From Camelus dromedarius (taxonomy: Eukaryota), in assembly GCF_036321535.1 (NCBI RefSeq), contig NC_087437.1, positions 95,544,001-95,608,000 on the forward strand: 64,000 nt of DNA, given 5' to 3'. This document shows, piece after piece, positions 26,677 through 40,205 of this stretch. How positions within the stretch are numbered: the first letter of the stretch is position 1; each line of letters begins with the position of its first letter. The notes under the pieces were generated by a model, which was not told the origin of the DNA, made no database searches, and worked only from the letters and a program-made list of their open reading frames with translations. The translations under genes and the position numbers were made by a program.

Positions 26677-27838
26677 TTTTTTTAAATTTTTATTGAAAGT
26701 ATAGTCAGTAATAATGTGTCAATTTCTGATGTACAACATAATGTCCCACTCATACATACATAGGCATACATATATTCATTTTCATATTCTTTTCCATTAA
26801 AGGTTATTACAAGATATTGAATAAAGTTCCCTGTGCTACACAGAAGAAATTTGTTTTTTATCTATTTTTATGTATAGTGGTTAACAGTTGTTTTAAACCT
26901 CCAGATTTATCCCTTCCCACACCCTTTCTCTGGTAACCATAAGATTGTTTACTATGTCTGTGAGACTGTTTCTGTTTTGTAGATGAGTTCAGTGACTTTT
27001 TTTTTTTTTAGACTCTACATATTAGTGATATTATATGGTATTTATTTTTTTCTTTCTCTCTGGGTTACTTCACTTAGAATGATTATCTCCAGGTCCATCC
27101 ATGTTGCTGCAAATGGCATTATTTTATTCTTTTTTATCACTGAGTAGTATTCCATTGTATAAATATACCACAACTTCTTTATCCAGTCATCTGTCAGTGG
27201 ATATTTAGATTGCTTCCATGTCTTGGCTATTGTATATGGTTCTGCTATGAACATTGGGATAGATGTATCTTTTCAAATTAGAGTTCCCTCCAGATATTTG
27301 CCCAGGAGTGGGATTGCTGGATCATATGGTAAATCTATTTTTAGTTTTTTGAGGAATCTCCATCCTGTTTTCCATAATGGCTGCACTAAACCATATCCCC
27401 ACCAGCAGTGTAGGAGGGTCCCCTTTTCTCCACACCCTCTCCAACATTTATTGCTTGTGGCTTTTTGAATGATGGCCATTCTGACTAGTGTGAGGTGATG
27501 TCTCAATGTAGTTTTGATTTGCATTTCTCTGATAATTAGCGATGTTGAGCATCTTTTCATGTGCCTATTGGCCATTTGCATGTTTTCACTGGAGAATTTC
27601 TTACTTAGGTCTTTTGCCCGTTTTTGGATTGGGTTGTTTGCTGTTTTGTTATTAAGTTATATGAGCTGTTTATATATTCTGGAAATTAAGCCTTTGTCAG
27701 TCGCATCATTTGCAAATATTTTCTCCCATTCAGTAAGTTGTCTTTTTGTTTTGCTTATGGTTTTCCTTTGCTGTGCAAAAGCTTGTAAGTTTAATTTGGT
27801 CCCATTTGTTTATTTTTGCTTTTGTTTCTCTTGCCTGA
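26677..27838 (-). mobile_element. Lineage-specific (cetartiodactyl/camelid-type) L1, 5'-truncated
   Basis: 3' UTR (ttattgaaagtatagtcagt...aggttattacaagatattgaataaagttccctgtgcta) joined to ORF2 C-terminal coding sequence. Confidence 0.96.
27042..27830 (-). pseudogene. Disrupted L1 ORF2p C-terminal domain
   Basis: ORFs 27273-27581 ([18 protein letters not shown]...[16 protein letters not shown]...YDPAIPLLG) and 27042-27254 (MFIA...[14 protein letters not shown]) match L1 ORF2p; broken by a stop/frameshift; last Cys of the Cys-rich motif reads Tyr. Confidence 0.95.
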
Positions 27839-28029
27839 GTGTGTTTGTTTCTCTGGATTTCTCCTCTAACACTATTCTTTTTTTCCTTCTAAATGCAGTA
27901 TACTGATCATTTGCCTACTGTGAGATTATTTTTCATTCAGATATTTTATATTTATATATATTTATATATAATTTGATATAAATAATTAACTTAATAATAA
28001 TGTATCAGATGCTGATTTTGTTAGTGTTT

Positions 28030-29230
28030 TCTTCAAAAACTTTTTCCTATTTTGCCTGTCACTCCCTTCCTCACTCCTACCTTCTTTCCTCACATCATGA
28101 TCCTCACACATAACCACGTTAACAGACCGTTATATTTGATGTTGCATTTAACCCATGCTCATATATTTATAACACACATGTGTAGGTACTTACAGGTTTT
28201 GGAGGTCATTATTATTTTTAAAAGGAATAATATAGGCATGCTTTTCTGCCCTTTTTTCCCACTCAGCTTTATTGGAAATCCTTTTATTTCAACTAGGGAA
28301 GCTTCAACTCTTTTTTTTTTTTTAATTTGCTTGTTTGCTTAAAGTTCCATAAAAGTGATGTACAGAAATTTACTCCATGGTTTCCCTATTGATGAGCATT
28401 CATCTTTTTTTTTCTTTCTGCTTTGTATTTATCAACAGTGCTGCATTAAACTCTGTCCTGGTAGACATATTTTACGTATTTTCCTTTTTCTAGGATAAAA
28501 CTCAGAAATTGTGGTATCTAATTTTAGTAGTTGTTATGAAATTGCTTTCCAAAATGACTAATAATTCACCTTTTTCTAGCAATGTGAAGAATTCTAGTCA
28601 GCAACAGATATAATTATTCTTTTTTAAGTCTACCAGTTGAGGAGAGTAAAGTAATATCTTTATGTTCAGACTTCTTCTCTTCCTCCTACACATCACACAC
28701 TGCTCTAGGTATTACATCAAAGCAGCGAACAACAGATGCAAGTTGTGTTCTCATGGAGCTTATATTCTAGGAGGGAAACAAAAATAGTTAACAGGTAAAC
28801 AAGTAAATATAAGTCTGATGATCTTAAGTGCTATGAAGGAAAAATTTGCCAAGTTGGGGCACAGAGTGATACAGCCATCCTACTTTGTCTCATTGTTACT
28901 TAATTTGTCTATTTTCAACTGTAATAAGCTTGAGTATCTTTTTTATACATTTTTTAACACTTGAATTTAGTCTTTAATGGACTACTAAGATCTTTATATT
29001 TTATAGGTATGAGTCTTAAGTCCTTGCGTTGTAAAAATTTTCCCTAAATATTTTTGTCTTGACTTTATGATCTCCTTTGTCAAATTTTTTACCATCAAAT
29101 GTCTATCTTTTTCTTTTAAAATTTCTGGTTTGCCAGTCTTATTTGAGCAAATTTCTTTTACCACTAGATTACAAATCTAGAACCTAGACTTTCTCCTAGT
29201 ATTTCTAATAAATCAATAAGTATTGTAACT
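28030..29230 (-). mobile_element. Old L1ME-like fragment with embedded L2 3' end (about 28690-28875)
   Basis: ttccctattgatgagcatt; aaattgctttccaaaatg; L2 part ctcatggagcttatattctaggaggg...taagtgctatgaagg. Confidence 0.7.
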
Positions 29231-32200
29231 TTTAAATAAAAGCAATCTAGATGATCAGAAATAATATAATTAATGTTGGCTAGAAAATATGGAAAATGCC
29301 TCATAAAGGAGATGAAACCCAATGCTGATCTTTGGAGGATAAGTAGAATTTAAGTAGGTAAAGAGAAGTTAATTTTTTTTAACTTGGAGTCATACCTGAA
29401 GAGATTCATTGCATATATGTTACTGTCTTGCAGAGACAGATCACTAAAGTGCTGTGTAGTTAGTGATATGAGAATCTGAATCACTCATTAAGCTAGACAA
29501 TTACATGATTACTACACAGTCACATATACGTTGTCAACCGTTTCATAACATATGAATAATTATAAAGACAATAAAAGAACACCCATAGCTAAGTGTTGAA
29601 TATCTCAATATAATACATTGTTTTTCCAGTTATGATCAAGAGAGAAAATTATTCCAACCAGCCACTTGGTCTAGAAAGTACTCTAATGTAGATTATTTAG
29701 TTTCCTAGTCTAGTTTTGAAGGTACCGATGTGGTATGTTTTTCACTATCTTCTCTGGACAAGGTAGATTGCAGTGCTACAAATTTTGGAAAAATTTTTGC
29801 ATCTATCACAAGATAAACCTGAAATTTGAGGCTCTTTTTAAATCAGGAATTAAAGTGGTTTTTTTTTAAATTAACCTATGAGTTTTTCTCTTTTTTTCCC
29901 CCCAAGTCCTCCTCTTATAAATAAAGTCATCCTCGACATAACTAAGAAATTTTCTCCCATCCATCTTTTTATATCCAGGTTCACTAGCTTCCATAATAAA
30001 TAAGTCAAAGTACCCATTATAGTAAAAGTTATTTCATACCATCATCTTCATGCAGGAAGAATAACACATTTATTTCTTCTACAAATGTGTATTCACAGTC
30101 ACATAAAAGAATAAAATTATTTTCACAATACATTAATTTTTTGTGCCTTTACCATGTGCCATTACCTTAAATTTGCATAGCACTTTAAATGTCAAAGGAT
30201 TTTGTATATTTTAACTGAACATATTGAGCTCATCATAGAATAATAAGGCTACTGTGATTTATTTGAAATGACTTTCTACTTTATTTGCCTTGCATTTCTT
30301 TTAAATGTTGGTATATTGTTAAAATATGGCTTTCAATATCATGTAGCTAAACAGATACACATGCGCACACACATCTTAATTTTGTACGATCAAGTTACTC
30401 AACCCTTACTGTGTTTCCATAGCTCTGTTATGAGTTCCCAGAAAAGAATGCAAACTAAGCGGCTTGTTTGAGATAACTCTGTTTGTACAAACCTAAATCT
30501 CACTGAATTTTATTTTCTGCCTTATTGCATGCAATTTGCTTCTTCTCCTATATATTTTTTCACATCATTACTCCTTTTCAAGTTTAATCCATTAAGTGTT
30601 TTGTAAAATTTTCTTTCAGTGTAATAGCCTTGTGCATTTAGAATACAAATCCAATACCACACCCATTTTTCTTACCACCTACTATGCATTTAAAAGATGT
30701 TTATATGTGCCACTAATGCTTTTTAGATGAATCAGGTATGTAACTAGATTGGCCACCTAAATGGTTTCACTGAGTCTCCTAAATGTAAGGTCCCTATTTT
30801 GTAAGTTGGAGAGAGTTAGGACAGTTCATTCTTATACAGAGGAGAAACTCCAAATTTTGGTTTCTCTAATCCTAGACAATTACATGATGAGCTAGTTTCT
30901 GGGACCAGACAGATTTTTATTGTTAAGGGCAATATTCAGGTGACTTTTCCACAACTCTTCCGTTTCAGCTTTAAAATAAATAATTTATATCTGTGGCTTT
31001 AAATAGAGTTCTTCTATAATAATTAAATTCATTTTAAGAGCTTCTTACATGCAGTCTCTGTTGGTCTACCCTGGACATTTCATCTCCTTTATAATTTTAG
31101 CATAGTTTTCAGCCCTGATGATGGAGCCTCAAGGTTATTTCTTTCTTTTTCTTTTTTTTTTTTTTTGATTAGAAAATTCTAAGACATTATTTTCTAAAAT
31201 TTTACACAAATTCAAGGCTACTGTAAGTTGGGTAAATCCAGTGTACAGTGTATTTCACACTTTGCTAACCTTGAGAAGATTAGCACAAATTAAATTTCAC
31301 ATTAACCAGCCTAAAGCCATGAAAAGGAAAGTAGGCTCAGGGGTATTTGGTTAATTGTGCTAAAAATATATTCATGCTATTTGTGTAGAACATAAGTGTA
31401 GCAAAAGTATTTCTTTAAATAAAATACTGTGAGTTTAATTTCTTCTGCTTTCCCATTCATTTGTAGATGTGAATAATAATGACTATTTTGATCTTTTACA
31501 AATCTGGTAGGTTATTGCTCACTGAGCTATTATCTTTTTATTATTTTGTAAGTGAGAGAGATATTTTATAAAGTCAACTTTTTAAATTTATGTTTTTATT
31601 CAAGCTCTTTGTTGCTTTCACTTTATTAATTTCTAACCATTCAGTACAGACATAGACTCGGAAAAAAAAAAGGCAAACCACAATTAGACCAATAATATGT
31701 ATATGAATTAAATGACTAATATTCATTAAAGACTTGAAGTGCAAAGTCATTCCACTTTTATTTGTTTTACCTTTATAATTTAATGATTAAAAACAATTGT
31801 ATGAATAGATTTGCATTTCACTAAGGATGCACTGAGAAAGTACAAGGATTTTGTTAGATTTTGTAGGGGATCTCTGTCCCAAAATATTAACATATACAGT
31901 GTTAAATGTTTTCATATACTATAACATGATTTAAGGGAATTGTAAAATGATTGTGATTCTCAGTGTTGGTCTGGAATAATTGCCAGCTCCTCATTAAGGT
32001 CATTAGGTGAATTCCTAAAATATTTATCAAGCAAGTACATTGAATTTTTACTTCATTTTTCTCTTGCTTGAATTTTATCGGTGACTACATTGAAAACAAT
32101 ATAGACTGTGATTAAAGACGTGGCAAAGTTTGAAACCTAAAACTCAACATATTCCATCTTTCAATTTCACTTTGACATTATACATAGCATTTTATTTTTC

Positions 32201-32716
32201 TGGCTACTCACACTCACATTTGCTCATAGACCATTAGCCATGAAAGAGTTTGCCCTCTTCATGATTTTATTCCCTTTTGGTGGTTTGACCAGTCTGAGAC
32301 AGGGGTGATGCTTCTCTTTTGCACCCTCTATGTTGGAAGTTTGATTTAGGATTTGAATTGTTAGTATGTCTTGATTATTATAAGCTCTAACTCATTGGAT
32401 TCCATTTCTGAGCCTGGAAATAGACAACCCACTCAATGAAAGGGAAATCAGTGGTCCATTGAATGCTAATTACCATACAAGTCCTGTATACTATATCAGA
32501 ATTTAGTATAAACATAGTCTTTCAGGGGAGGCGGTAAAAACCATTAAAATGCTCCCCAGGAGACTGAGCTCATTAGAACCTACACGGATCTCCAACAAAG
32601 AAGAAAAAGAGTTGCTTAGCTGGGCTGGTTCCTTTTTTGGATGTGTAATCCATATTCTAAATTGGGTATGTCTTCCCTATTCCAACAAGGAAGAAGAAAA
32701 ATTTTTTAAAGCTTTT

Positions 32717-32904
32717 TTTTTTTTTTTAACATTTTTTATTGAGTTATAGTCATTTTACAATGTTGTGTCAAATTCCAGTGTAGAGCACAATTTTTCAGTT
32801 ATACATGAACATACATACATTCATTGTCACATTCTCTTTCGCTGTGAGCCACCACAAGATCCTGTATATATTTCCCTATGCTACACAGTGCAATCTTGTT
32901 TATC
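32717..32904 (-). mobile_element. Young camelid-type L1 3' end with perfect TSD
   Basis: Poly(T)-aacattttttattgagttatagtcattttacaatgttgtgtcaaattccagtgtagagc...; TSD tttaaagctttt at 32705-32716 and 32905-32916. Confidence 0.93.
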
Positions 32905-33708
32905 TTTAAAGCTTTTCAAAATACAAAAGCTGAAGCTAGGACAAAGATGCTTCAATGAATAGAGAGAATACTCTACAGAATGAAGTTTGGTTAAGGTTGC
33001 ATGAAATACTTAGTTTTCTTTCACAGAAAATGAAAGCTACAATTCTACATTTTACACCAAAGAATTTTCTGAAATAAAAGGTGGTAGTTATTGATGAAAC
33101 ATTCCTTTTCACTATCTTGTATCTATTATTTACTTAGGGATAAATATCTGTTTATCTTATCTGGATAGCATCATGCAGTTTTAACTGAGTTGATTTAGAT
33201 ATTCTGATTAATATCTCTAGAAAGTTATTAAAGTCATTAAAAGCTTTAGCTGGTACATAAAATAAAAATCTTGATTCAAGAGAAAGGAACAATGATATTG
33301 GGCAGAAGCAGAAACCAAGGCAACAATACCACCAAGCAAAAATTTTCCTGACTCTCACTTACATTTTGTATTTTATTCAGTGATAATTTAAATATGAGAT
33401 ATTCTTTCCAGTATAATTTAATTACATTTGTACCAGTTTATCCAGAATATAGTCTGTCTTGCTATTATAAATTCCTTTGATCAGTAGATTTTAAACTTTG
33501 TGTGCATCACATTATTTGGGATAATGTCTACAGCATTTCTGACTCAAATGACTGCCCTCTCTCATTTAAATTAGATTATACCTTGTTTTAGCATTTTATA
33601 GATGATCTTCATTTGTCATATCATATAGCTTTAATTATCACATACCATATTATATAATTTGATGTAATATCAAATTATTTTTTAACATACCCATTAAAAG
33701 AACATGAC

Positions 33709-34505
33709 GGTTATGGGATAGTAAAAAATATTTTTTTTTGTCCCTGGTTCGTGGCACAGAGCTCCTAAAACCCTTGGAATTTCCTGAGTGATAGGAGTAT
33801 CTTCTATTATTCATAACACATCCCTTTGATCATACTTGAGCTTATGCTAATGAGGTGACTTGGGGCTGGGGTCCTACATAGCCTCAGGATGGGACTGGTC
33901 AGTGGAAAGACTAATTAGAGGATTGGAACTGTGAGTCCCACTCACTGACCTCTAAGAAAGGGAATGTGGGAATGGAGATTATTCTATATCAATATCCTTG
34001 AACAATCAGATTTTGTAAACTTCCAGGTTGATGAACATATGTAGGTGCTGGGAGGGTTACGTGCCCAGAGAGGGCACAGCAGCTCTGCACATGCCTACTC
34101 CATACTGTGCCTTATGTGTTCCTCCCATCTGGCCATTACTGAGTTGCATCCTTTTATAGTAAACCAGTAAGCATAAGTCAGATGTTTCCCTGAGTTCTGT
34201 GAGTCAGTATAGCAAATTATCAAACACAAGGAGGGGGCTACGGGAACCCCACTTTACAGTTACCTGGTCAGAACAACTGGGACTTGCAATTAGTGTCTGA
34301 AGTGGGGGCAGTGTTGTGGGACTGAGCCCTTCACCTGTAGGATGTGACATTCTCTTCGAGGAGTGTCAGAATTGAGTTAATTTGTAGGACACCCAGTCAG
34401 TGTCTACTGAGAATTGGAAAATTGCTTGATGTTGGAGAAAATTGCACACTTTTGGGTGCTGGAAGAATTGAGTCTGTGAGTAGAGATAAGCAGATTTTCC
34501 TTTAA
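33709..34505 (+). mobile_element. MER21-type solo LTR
   Basis: tggcacagagctcctaaaacccttggaatttcctgagtgatagg; ttatgctaatgaggtgact; gtttccctgagttctgtgag; gtgggactgagccctt. Confidence 0.85.
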
Positions 34506-35619
34506 ATAATGAAGTGAACATTATTATGAAAAAGCTGGAGACATGCCTTCTTGTCCAAGGGATTCTGTAAGAAGTTAAGTTTCAGCAGGATAATCTACAC
34601 TTCACAAATATATATTGAGGACCTAAATAAAATATGCCAGATAAGGTGCTAGGCATTGAATGCACAAAAGGCTGGCTCTGGAGAGGACTGGGTATATTGT
34701 CTTTTACTTCTTTTCTCTTTTAACAAATTAGTTATAACTGATCTGATTAAATACAACTGATGAATTAAACTATGTTCCTAGATATTAATAGGATAACAGT
34801 ATTTATCTATATTTTTTATTTGTGTGCACTTGAAATGACAATTGTAATATAAATGCTCCTAGTTCTTTAAGAATGTTTCTTTACAACTCAATAAAAAAGA
34901 AAACTAAACCTGTTAGAAACGTGATCAGAAGTATTTGGAAAAAAGAAACAGCTTAAGAATAAAAGACATTTGTTCCCTTATTTATTCAACAACTATTCAT
35001 TGACTACAGATGCTTAAGTGGCAATGGTCACTGCATAAGCCTAAACTGTATTTACTGTCAGATTCACACGTGTTCGGGCATAATTTGGAGGACTAATTAA
35101 GAATAGCCAGGGATATGTTTACATGAAGATCAAAAAACCTCCTAGAAAAATAAGAATTCATCCTAGGGGAAAAGAGGGTCAAGACAGATAAGGCTGGTTG
35201 AAGAATTTTTGGCAAATATTGAACCCAGAAGGGAGGAATGATTCTGAACATGGTTTGTGTTCCTGAGATTATTACATAGCCCAGCTCTCATTGTTTCCCA
35301 CACAACTCCTCAGGCTAGGGGGCTGAAACATAAGTAAAATGTAGCACTTAGAAGAGCTATTGTTGTATAATTGTTATGGGACGAGAAGAGTGTGAGGCAT
35401 TGGTAGCCCTGGTGTTGATGATGTTAGCAAGCACTGCTAGGGCATTGGCAGTGATCACTATGTAAATGCCAGCAACAATGTTGGCAGTGGCATTGGTGAC
35501 CATGGCATTGGAAAGATGTAAACACTGGTAATGCCAACATGATGGTTCCAGTATGCTGGAGGAAGATACCAAACATGAGGGAGAAGGAAGGATCAAGGAT
35601 GATCTCCAGGTTTTTTTTT

Positions 35620-36410
35620 TTCCCTTAAATGAATGGTTGTGCAAGTTTCTAAAATATAGAATATCTTGAATAAGAAGCAATTCAAGGGGGGATAAAATTT
35701 CATTTTTGTACATATTGACCTTGAGCTGTCTGTTTTATATATAATTTGCCACTTGATATATATGTGTGATGTTCAGAATGAGGGATCATATCCCCACTTG
35801 GGGAGTCATCAATAATTGAAGTTATGAGAGTGGTTGAGATAAGCCAGGGAGAAAGTGTATAACACTAACAGAAGAGCGAAAGATTTAGAACAGAGGATTG
35901 AAGAGCAATAATATTCAGTATCTATCTTCCCAGATTAAGTAAATCTGGGCTGGGTTTGAAGGATGAAAATAAAATGCTTGATAAGTAAACTGGGGATAAA
36001 TCATAAAGACCAAGCCAGGCAAAAGATATGGCATGTTTGAAAAAAATAAAAGCAGAGATGAATGAACTGTTACAATGCATTTAAAGAATCAAAGGAAGTT
36101 CAGTATGGTGGAAGAGTAAAGCTCAGTACTGCTGGTAGCAGGAAATTGTTGAAGGAATAGGAGGCGAGGCAGGAGATAGGCAGAGACCTGATCATAAAAT
36201 GCTTTATGCAGCATCTTCAGGAATATATGGAAATGGAGACCATTATAAAGGTTTTAAGCAGGGAAGGGATATAATCAGATTTGCATATTAGAAAGATGAC
36301 TGATGGCTTAGTTAAGGAAAAATGGAAAGACTTTGTGTTAGGTAGGGAGAACAGTTAGGAGGCTATTTCAGTAGCCCAGGAAAACACTAAGGTAACAATG
36401 AGAGGGGTCA
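35620..36410 (-). mobile_element. L2 fragments
   Basis: ttggggagtcatca...gagagtggttgagat; ggagaccattataaaggttttaagcagggaagggatataatcagatttgcat; gttaggaggctatt. Confidence 0.75.
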
Positions 36411-36859
36411 ACGATCAAAAGTAAAAGACAGCTCTACATAGTACTATTACTGATCTTGTCTTTATTTAGAAATTTGGAGTTTTCTCTATCATGGATTTTT
36501 TTTCATCATTTTTGACTAAACGGTTATTGCATTACATATTACTTATCTTTTTTAAAAAAAGAAGGAAAGGGAAGGAGCCATTGAGGGCACTCCTGCTTCT
36601 TACTTAGGAGAAGGAGCCAATTGGATTTCCATAAGATAAGATATAGGAGGAAGAGGAACTTTGAGGATGCAGATGGAATATAATGATAATATGAATATGA
36701 TGTAAAGCTTTTCAGGCAGCAGTTGGCTTGAAATGTAGTTTCTCAAGATAAAGTAACAGAGTGGAATGGATTGCTTGGGGGAAAGGTGTATATGAAGAAG
36801 GACTTCCGAGCACCTTAAAAGTGCTTCTTTTACACAACACATAAATCAGATTCAAAGTA

Positions 36860-37340
36860 GATTATGTAAAAAGATTTTTTATTGTGTTTTCTTAAAAGAT
36901 TCAGGGATGGGAATAAGCCTGGACTGCATGGGAATAAGCCTGGACAGGAAGGATAATGGTGGGTTAGTGTCTCAAACACCCTCATGGTTACTTACCTCTG
37001 CGAGGTATTCCTTCTCTGTGCCTCAATGCATATTTTCTCTCTCTCTTCCTTTCTCCCTCTCTCCCTCTCTCTCTCCATCCTGCTTTCAAACCTCCCCATT
37101 TTGTTGATACATGTGAATATAATGATTGTGGAGCACTTTAATGCTCAGTTTCAGTTCTAAAATTTCCAGGACAGATTCTGATTGACCTAGTCTCAGTTAG
37201 CCCTCCTCTGAAACATTTTCAGGCAGCACAGCAGAATCATGTTGTAGAAAATATCTATTCCATGTATAACAATGTGAATCTTGGAAACAGAGTTTTTAGA
37301 AAAGTCTGCATGTCCATGCATATGCTTAGGTTGAGGATGG
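36860..37340 (-). mobile_element. Degraded MLT1-type LTR containing an 18-bp duplication (36907-36945)
   Basis: attctgattgacctagtctcagttag motif; atgggaataagcctggac x2. Confidence 0.45.
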
Positions 37341-37846
37341 AGATAGACATATTAAGACAAAAAAAAAAAGAGTAATACAAAACACTGTGCTCAATAATAA
37401 AAAACATTCTGATGAAAACCATCACTTAATCAGAAGGAGAGGAACAGATGAAAGGGTGCAAGTTAAGGAGACTGAAAAGGAATATTCAGAGAAGTAGTAG
37501 GAGAATGAGGAGAGAAAGCATTACCAAAAGCTAAAGAGTTTCATGAAGGTGAGAGAAGCAGTAGATAATTTGTAATAGATAATTGCTCTTATAGCCAAAT
37601 ATACATTTGTAAGTTATAAAGACAATTTACAAAGTAGATAATTTGTGGTCATAGAACAATAGTAATAGCAAAAACACTAACATGAGATCAAATAAATGAC
37701 CTCAGTTATATGTACTGTACATTAATAATAATACTTTCTTATTTCCTAATGACACACTCTTACTCCCAACCCTTAGAGTGTATGTGGTGGAGCTTATAGC
37801 CTTATTTCTCCTCTTTATACCATCTCCACGGTCCTGTTCCTTCCCA

Positions 37847-37885
37847 ACATACACACACACACACGCACATGCACACGCACACACA
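37847..37885. repeat. Imperfect (CA)n microsatellite
   Basis: Direct reading. Confidence 0.95.
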
Positions 37886-37992
37886 GATGAAAATTACTGA
37901 ATTGGGTCCAGACAAGGTGCTTGGGGTGGGAGCTTTCAAGATTGGCGGTTAGAAATCAAAAACTATTCCATGCCAAGTGTCATATTCTGTTT

Positions 37993-38213
37993 CATGGTTT
38001 CTCAGACTCGGCACTACTGACATTTAGGGCTGGATAATTGGTTTTTTAGCAGGGGTTGTCCTATGCATTAAGGGATTTAGCAGCATCCCTGGCCTTTACC
38101 TACTAGATGCCAGTAGCAACCCCAATGCCACTTGTGACAAACATGTCTCCATAGATCCCAGGGTGAGGTACAAGGATGAGAGGGGACAAAATTGCCTTAG
38201 TTGAGACCCACTG
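37993..38213 (+). mobile_element. MER20 (hAT-Charlie) non-autonomous DNA transposon
   Basis: ggcactactgacattt...ggataatt...tttagcagcatccctggcctttacctactagatgccagtagca...ttgagacccactg; degenerate 8-bp TSD ttctgttt/ctctattt. Confidence 0.92.
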
Positions 38214-38360
38214 CTCTATTTAAATTTACTTTCTTTGGAATATTTTCTTGCATATCCCATCCCACCCCTTCAGGATACCTTTCCTCTGTGTTCTTTATCT
38301 TTTTGAATGTCTGACTGTTGGTAAATATCCCAGACTACCCTAAGAAGAATACTCACTTCC

Positions 38361-38469
38361 TATAATGAAAAAGAGTATGAAAAAGACTATGTATAAACAT
38401 AATATATGATTGAATTACTATTCTGTACACTGGAAACTAACACAACACTATACTTCAATTAAAAAAAAA
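38361..38469 (+). mobile_element. L1 extreme 3' end with poly(A)
   Basis: tataatgaaaaagagtatgaaaaaga...ctgtacactggaaactaacacaacactatacttcaattaaaaaaaa. Confidence 0.88.
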
Positions 38470-39382
38470 GTCACAGGCAGAATTTTACCTGCAGGCAGTA
38501 GTTTAGCATCCTCAACAGAAGAGGAAATTAAGCTTTGAAGAGAACATGACTCATTAAAATGGGCAGAGTTGGGACTGGCTTGGTTCCTACTCCACTAAGC
38601 CTTACCCTAAACTAACCTGTCAACAGAAGTAAATATATTACTCTTTAATATATCTTGAAGGACCTGCATGTGAATTTTCCTCTGTGGAATTCTCTGTCTT
38701 CCCTGGGGCGTTGTGGGTCAGCTTCCCTTACTACCCATTTTGGACTCTTTAACTGTAGTGGACTGTCCTATGTATCAAAGTCAATCAGAAAAGGTTTTTG
38801 GACAATGTATAGTTACAAGCAATTTGTAACTCTGCTTCCCTTCTGTTATGGCAGAAAATAAAGAGCTCACTGTTGTTAAAAAAAAAATAGAAGAAGATAC
38901 AATATAATTGTCCTGGAAAGGCATAGACCTAATAGTAATCTATAGGAAGAAATAAAAGTGCTTTCATTAGATTGCTTCTTTCTTTGCATCTCTTTGCCCC
39001 CCAACCAAGTACTGTTTTGAGGATAAAATAGAATAATTTATCTTGAAACATTAACACTAATTAAAAAGTACTAAGGAAGAAATTTTATCCACATAAATAT
39101 TTAGGTTTCTAAACACCCATATTGCAGGTGTGTAGGTACAGGGTAGCTTATGCTGTTCAGTTCTTGAGACTCAATCCAGCTCATGGCTATTAGAGGTTTC
39201 ATCAAAATTTTGGATCAGTTGTGGAAGTTTCATAAGAATTTTGGATCCAAAGTATAGAACAATAAACTATGCTGTTTTTACCTTGAAGGTTCATATTTCA
39301 AAAATTATGGTATTTTTAGGTATGTGTTAGGATGGTACAGAGTCCAATGATCTTCTGATATTTATCAGCATATTGTTCAGTC

Positions 39383-39550
39383 TTTATTTTATTGAAGTAT
39401 AGTTGATTCACAGTGTTTCGGGTATACAGCAAGGTAATTCAGTTATATGTACATATATATAAATATGTATTCCTTTTCAGATTATTTTCCATTATTAATC
39501 ATTACAAGGTATTGAATATAGTTCCCTGTGCTATACAATAGGTCCTTGTT
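39383..39550 (-). mobile_element. Cetartiodactyl-type L1 3' end
   Basis: ttattgaagtatagttgattcacagtgtttc...ttgaatatagttccctgtgctatacaataggtccttgtt. Confidence 0.92.
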
Positions 39551-39984
39551 ATAGACTCATTTATTCTTACCTTTTTCTTTCCCATCTGAGTGGAAAGGAG
39601 TTCCCCTCCTGTACTTGACTTAGTTCTCCGCACGCTTATTCCTCCGCCCAGCCCTCATAGTCAGGAGTCACATAATAGTTGCTTTTTTGGGGCACAGCAC
39701 AAGCCCATGTACCAACCTCTTACTACCAGCTTTCTCTGTTAGTCATACAAGTGTTTCAAAATGAGAGTGAAAAAAAATTATAAATATAGTTCATAATTTT
39801 AAGTTTGCTTGTGTAAGTAAATAAAGAAGAACATTTGTTAACTTTGGAACTTTTCTAATATTAGTAGCAAATATCTTACTACCTATCCCACGACTGGTTA
39901 CAGCATACCATTATCAGACAACACTGCTCTGCCTACACCCCCCACAATTACTAAGATTTATATGAAATATTAAAATATCTGCAT

Positions 39985-40205
39985 ATATGAACACCTGTTA
40001 AGTGCCTAGCAATTTACATGTATGTAACTTATTCTTCAAAATAATCTTACGAGGTATATTTGATCATCTCCAGTTAGATGAAGAAGCTATGGCCCAGAGT
40101 GTTTCTGGAATCAACTTAAGATCCCACTGCTTGTAAATGCTAGATCTGACCTGAAGTCAAACTCAGTCTGACTCCAAATGTACGCCCTTAGTCACCATGC
40201 TGTGT
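39985..40205 (-). mobile_element. MIR SINE
   Basis: agatgaagaagctatggcccagag...cagtctgactccaaa...gtcaccatgctg. Confidence 0.75.

Noticed and set aside
27223..27906. Plus-strand ORFs of 81 and 130 aa
   Set aside because: Antisense shadow frames of L1 ORF2
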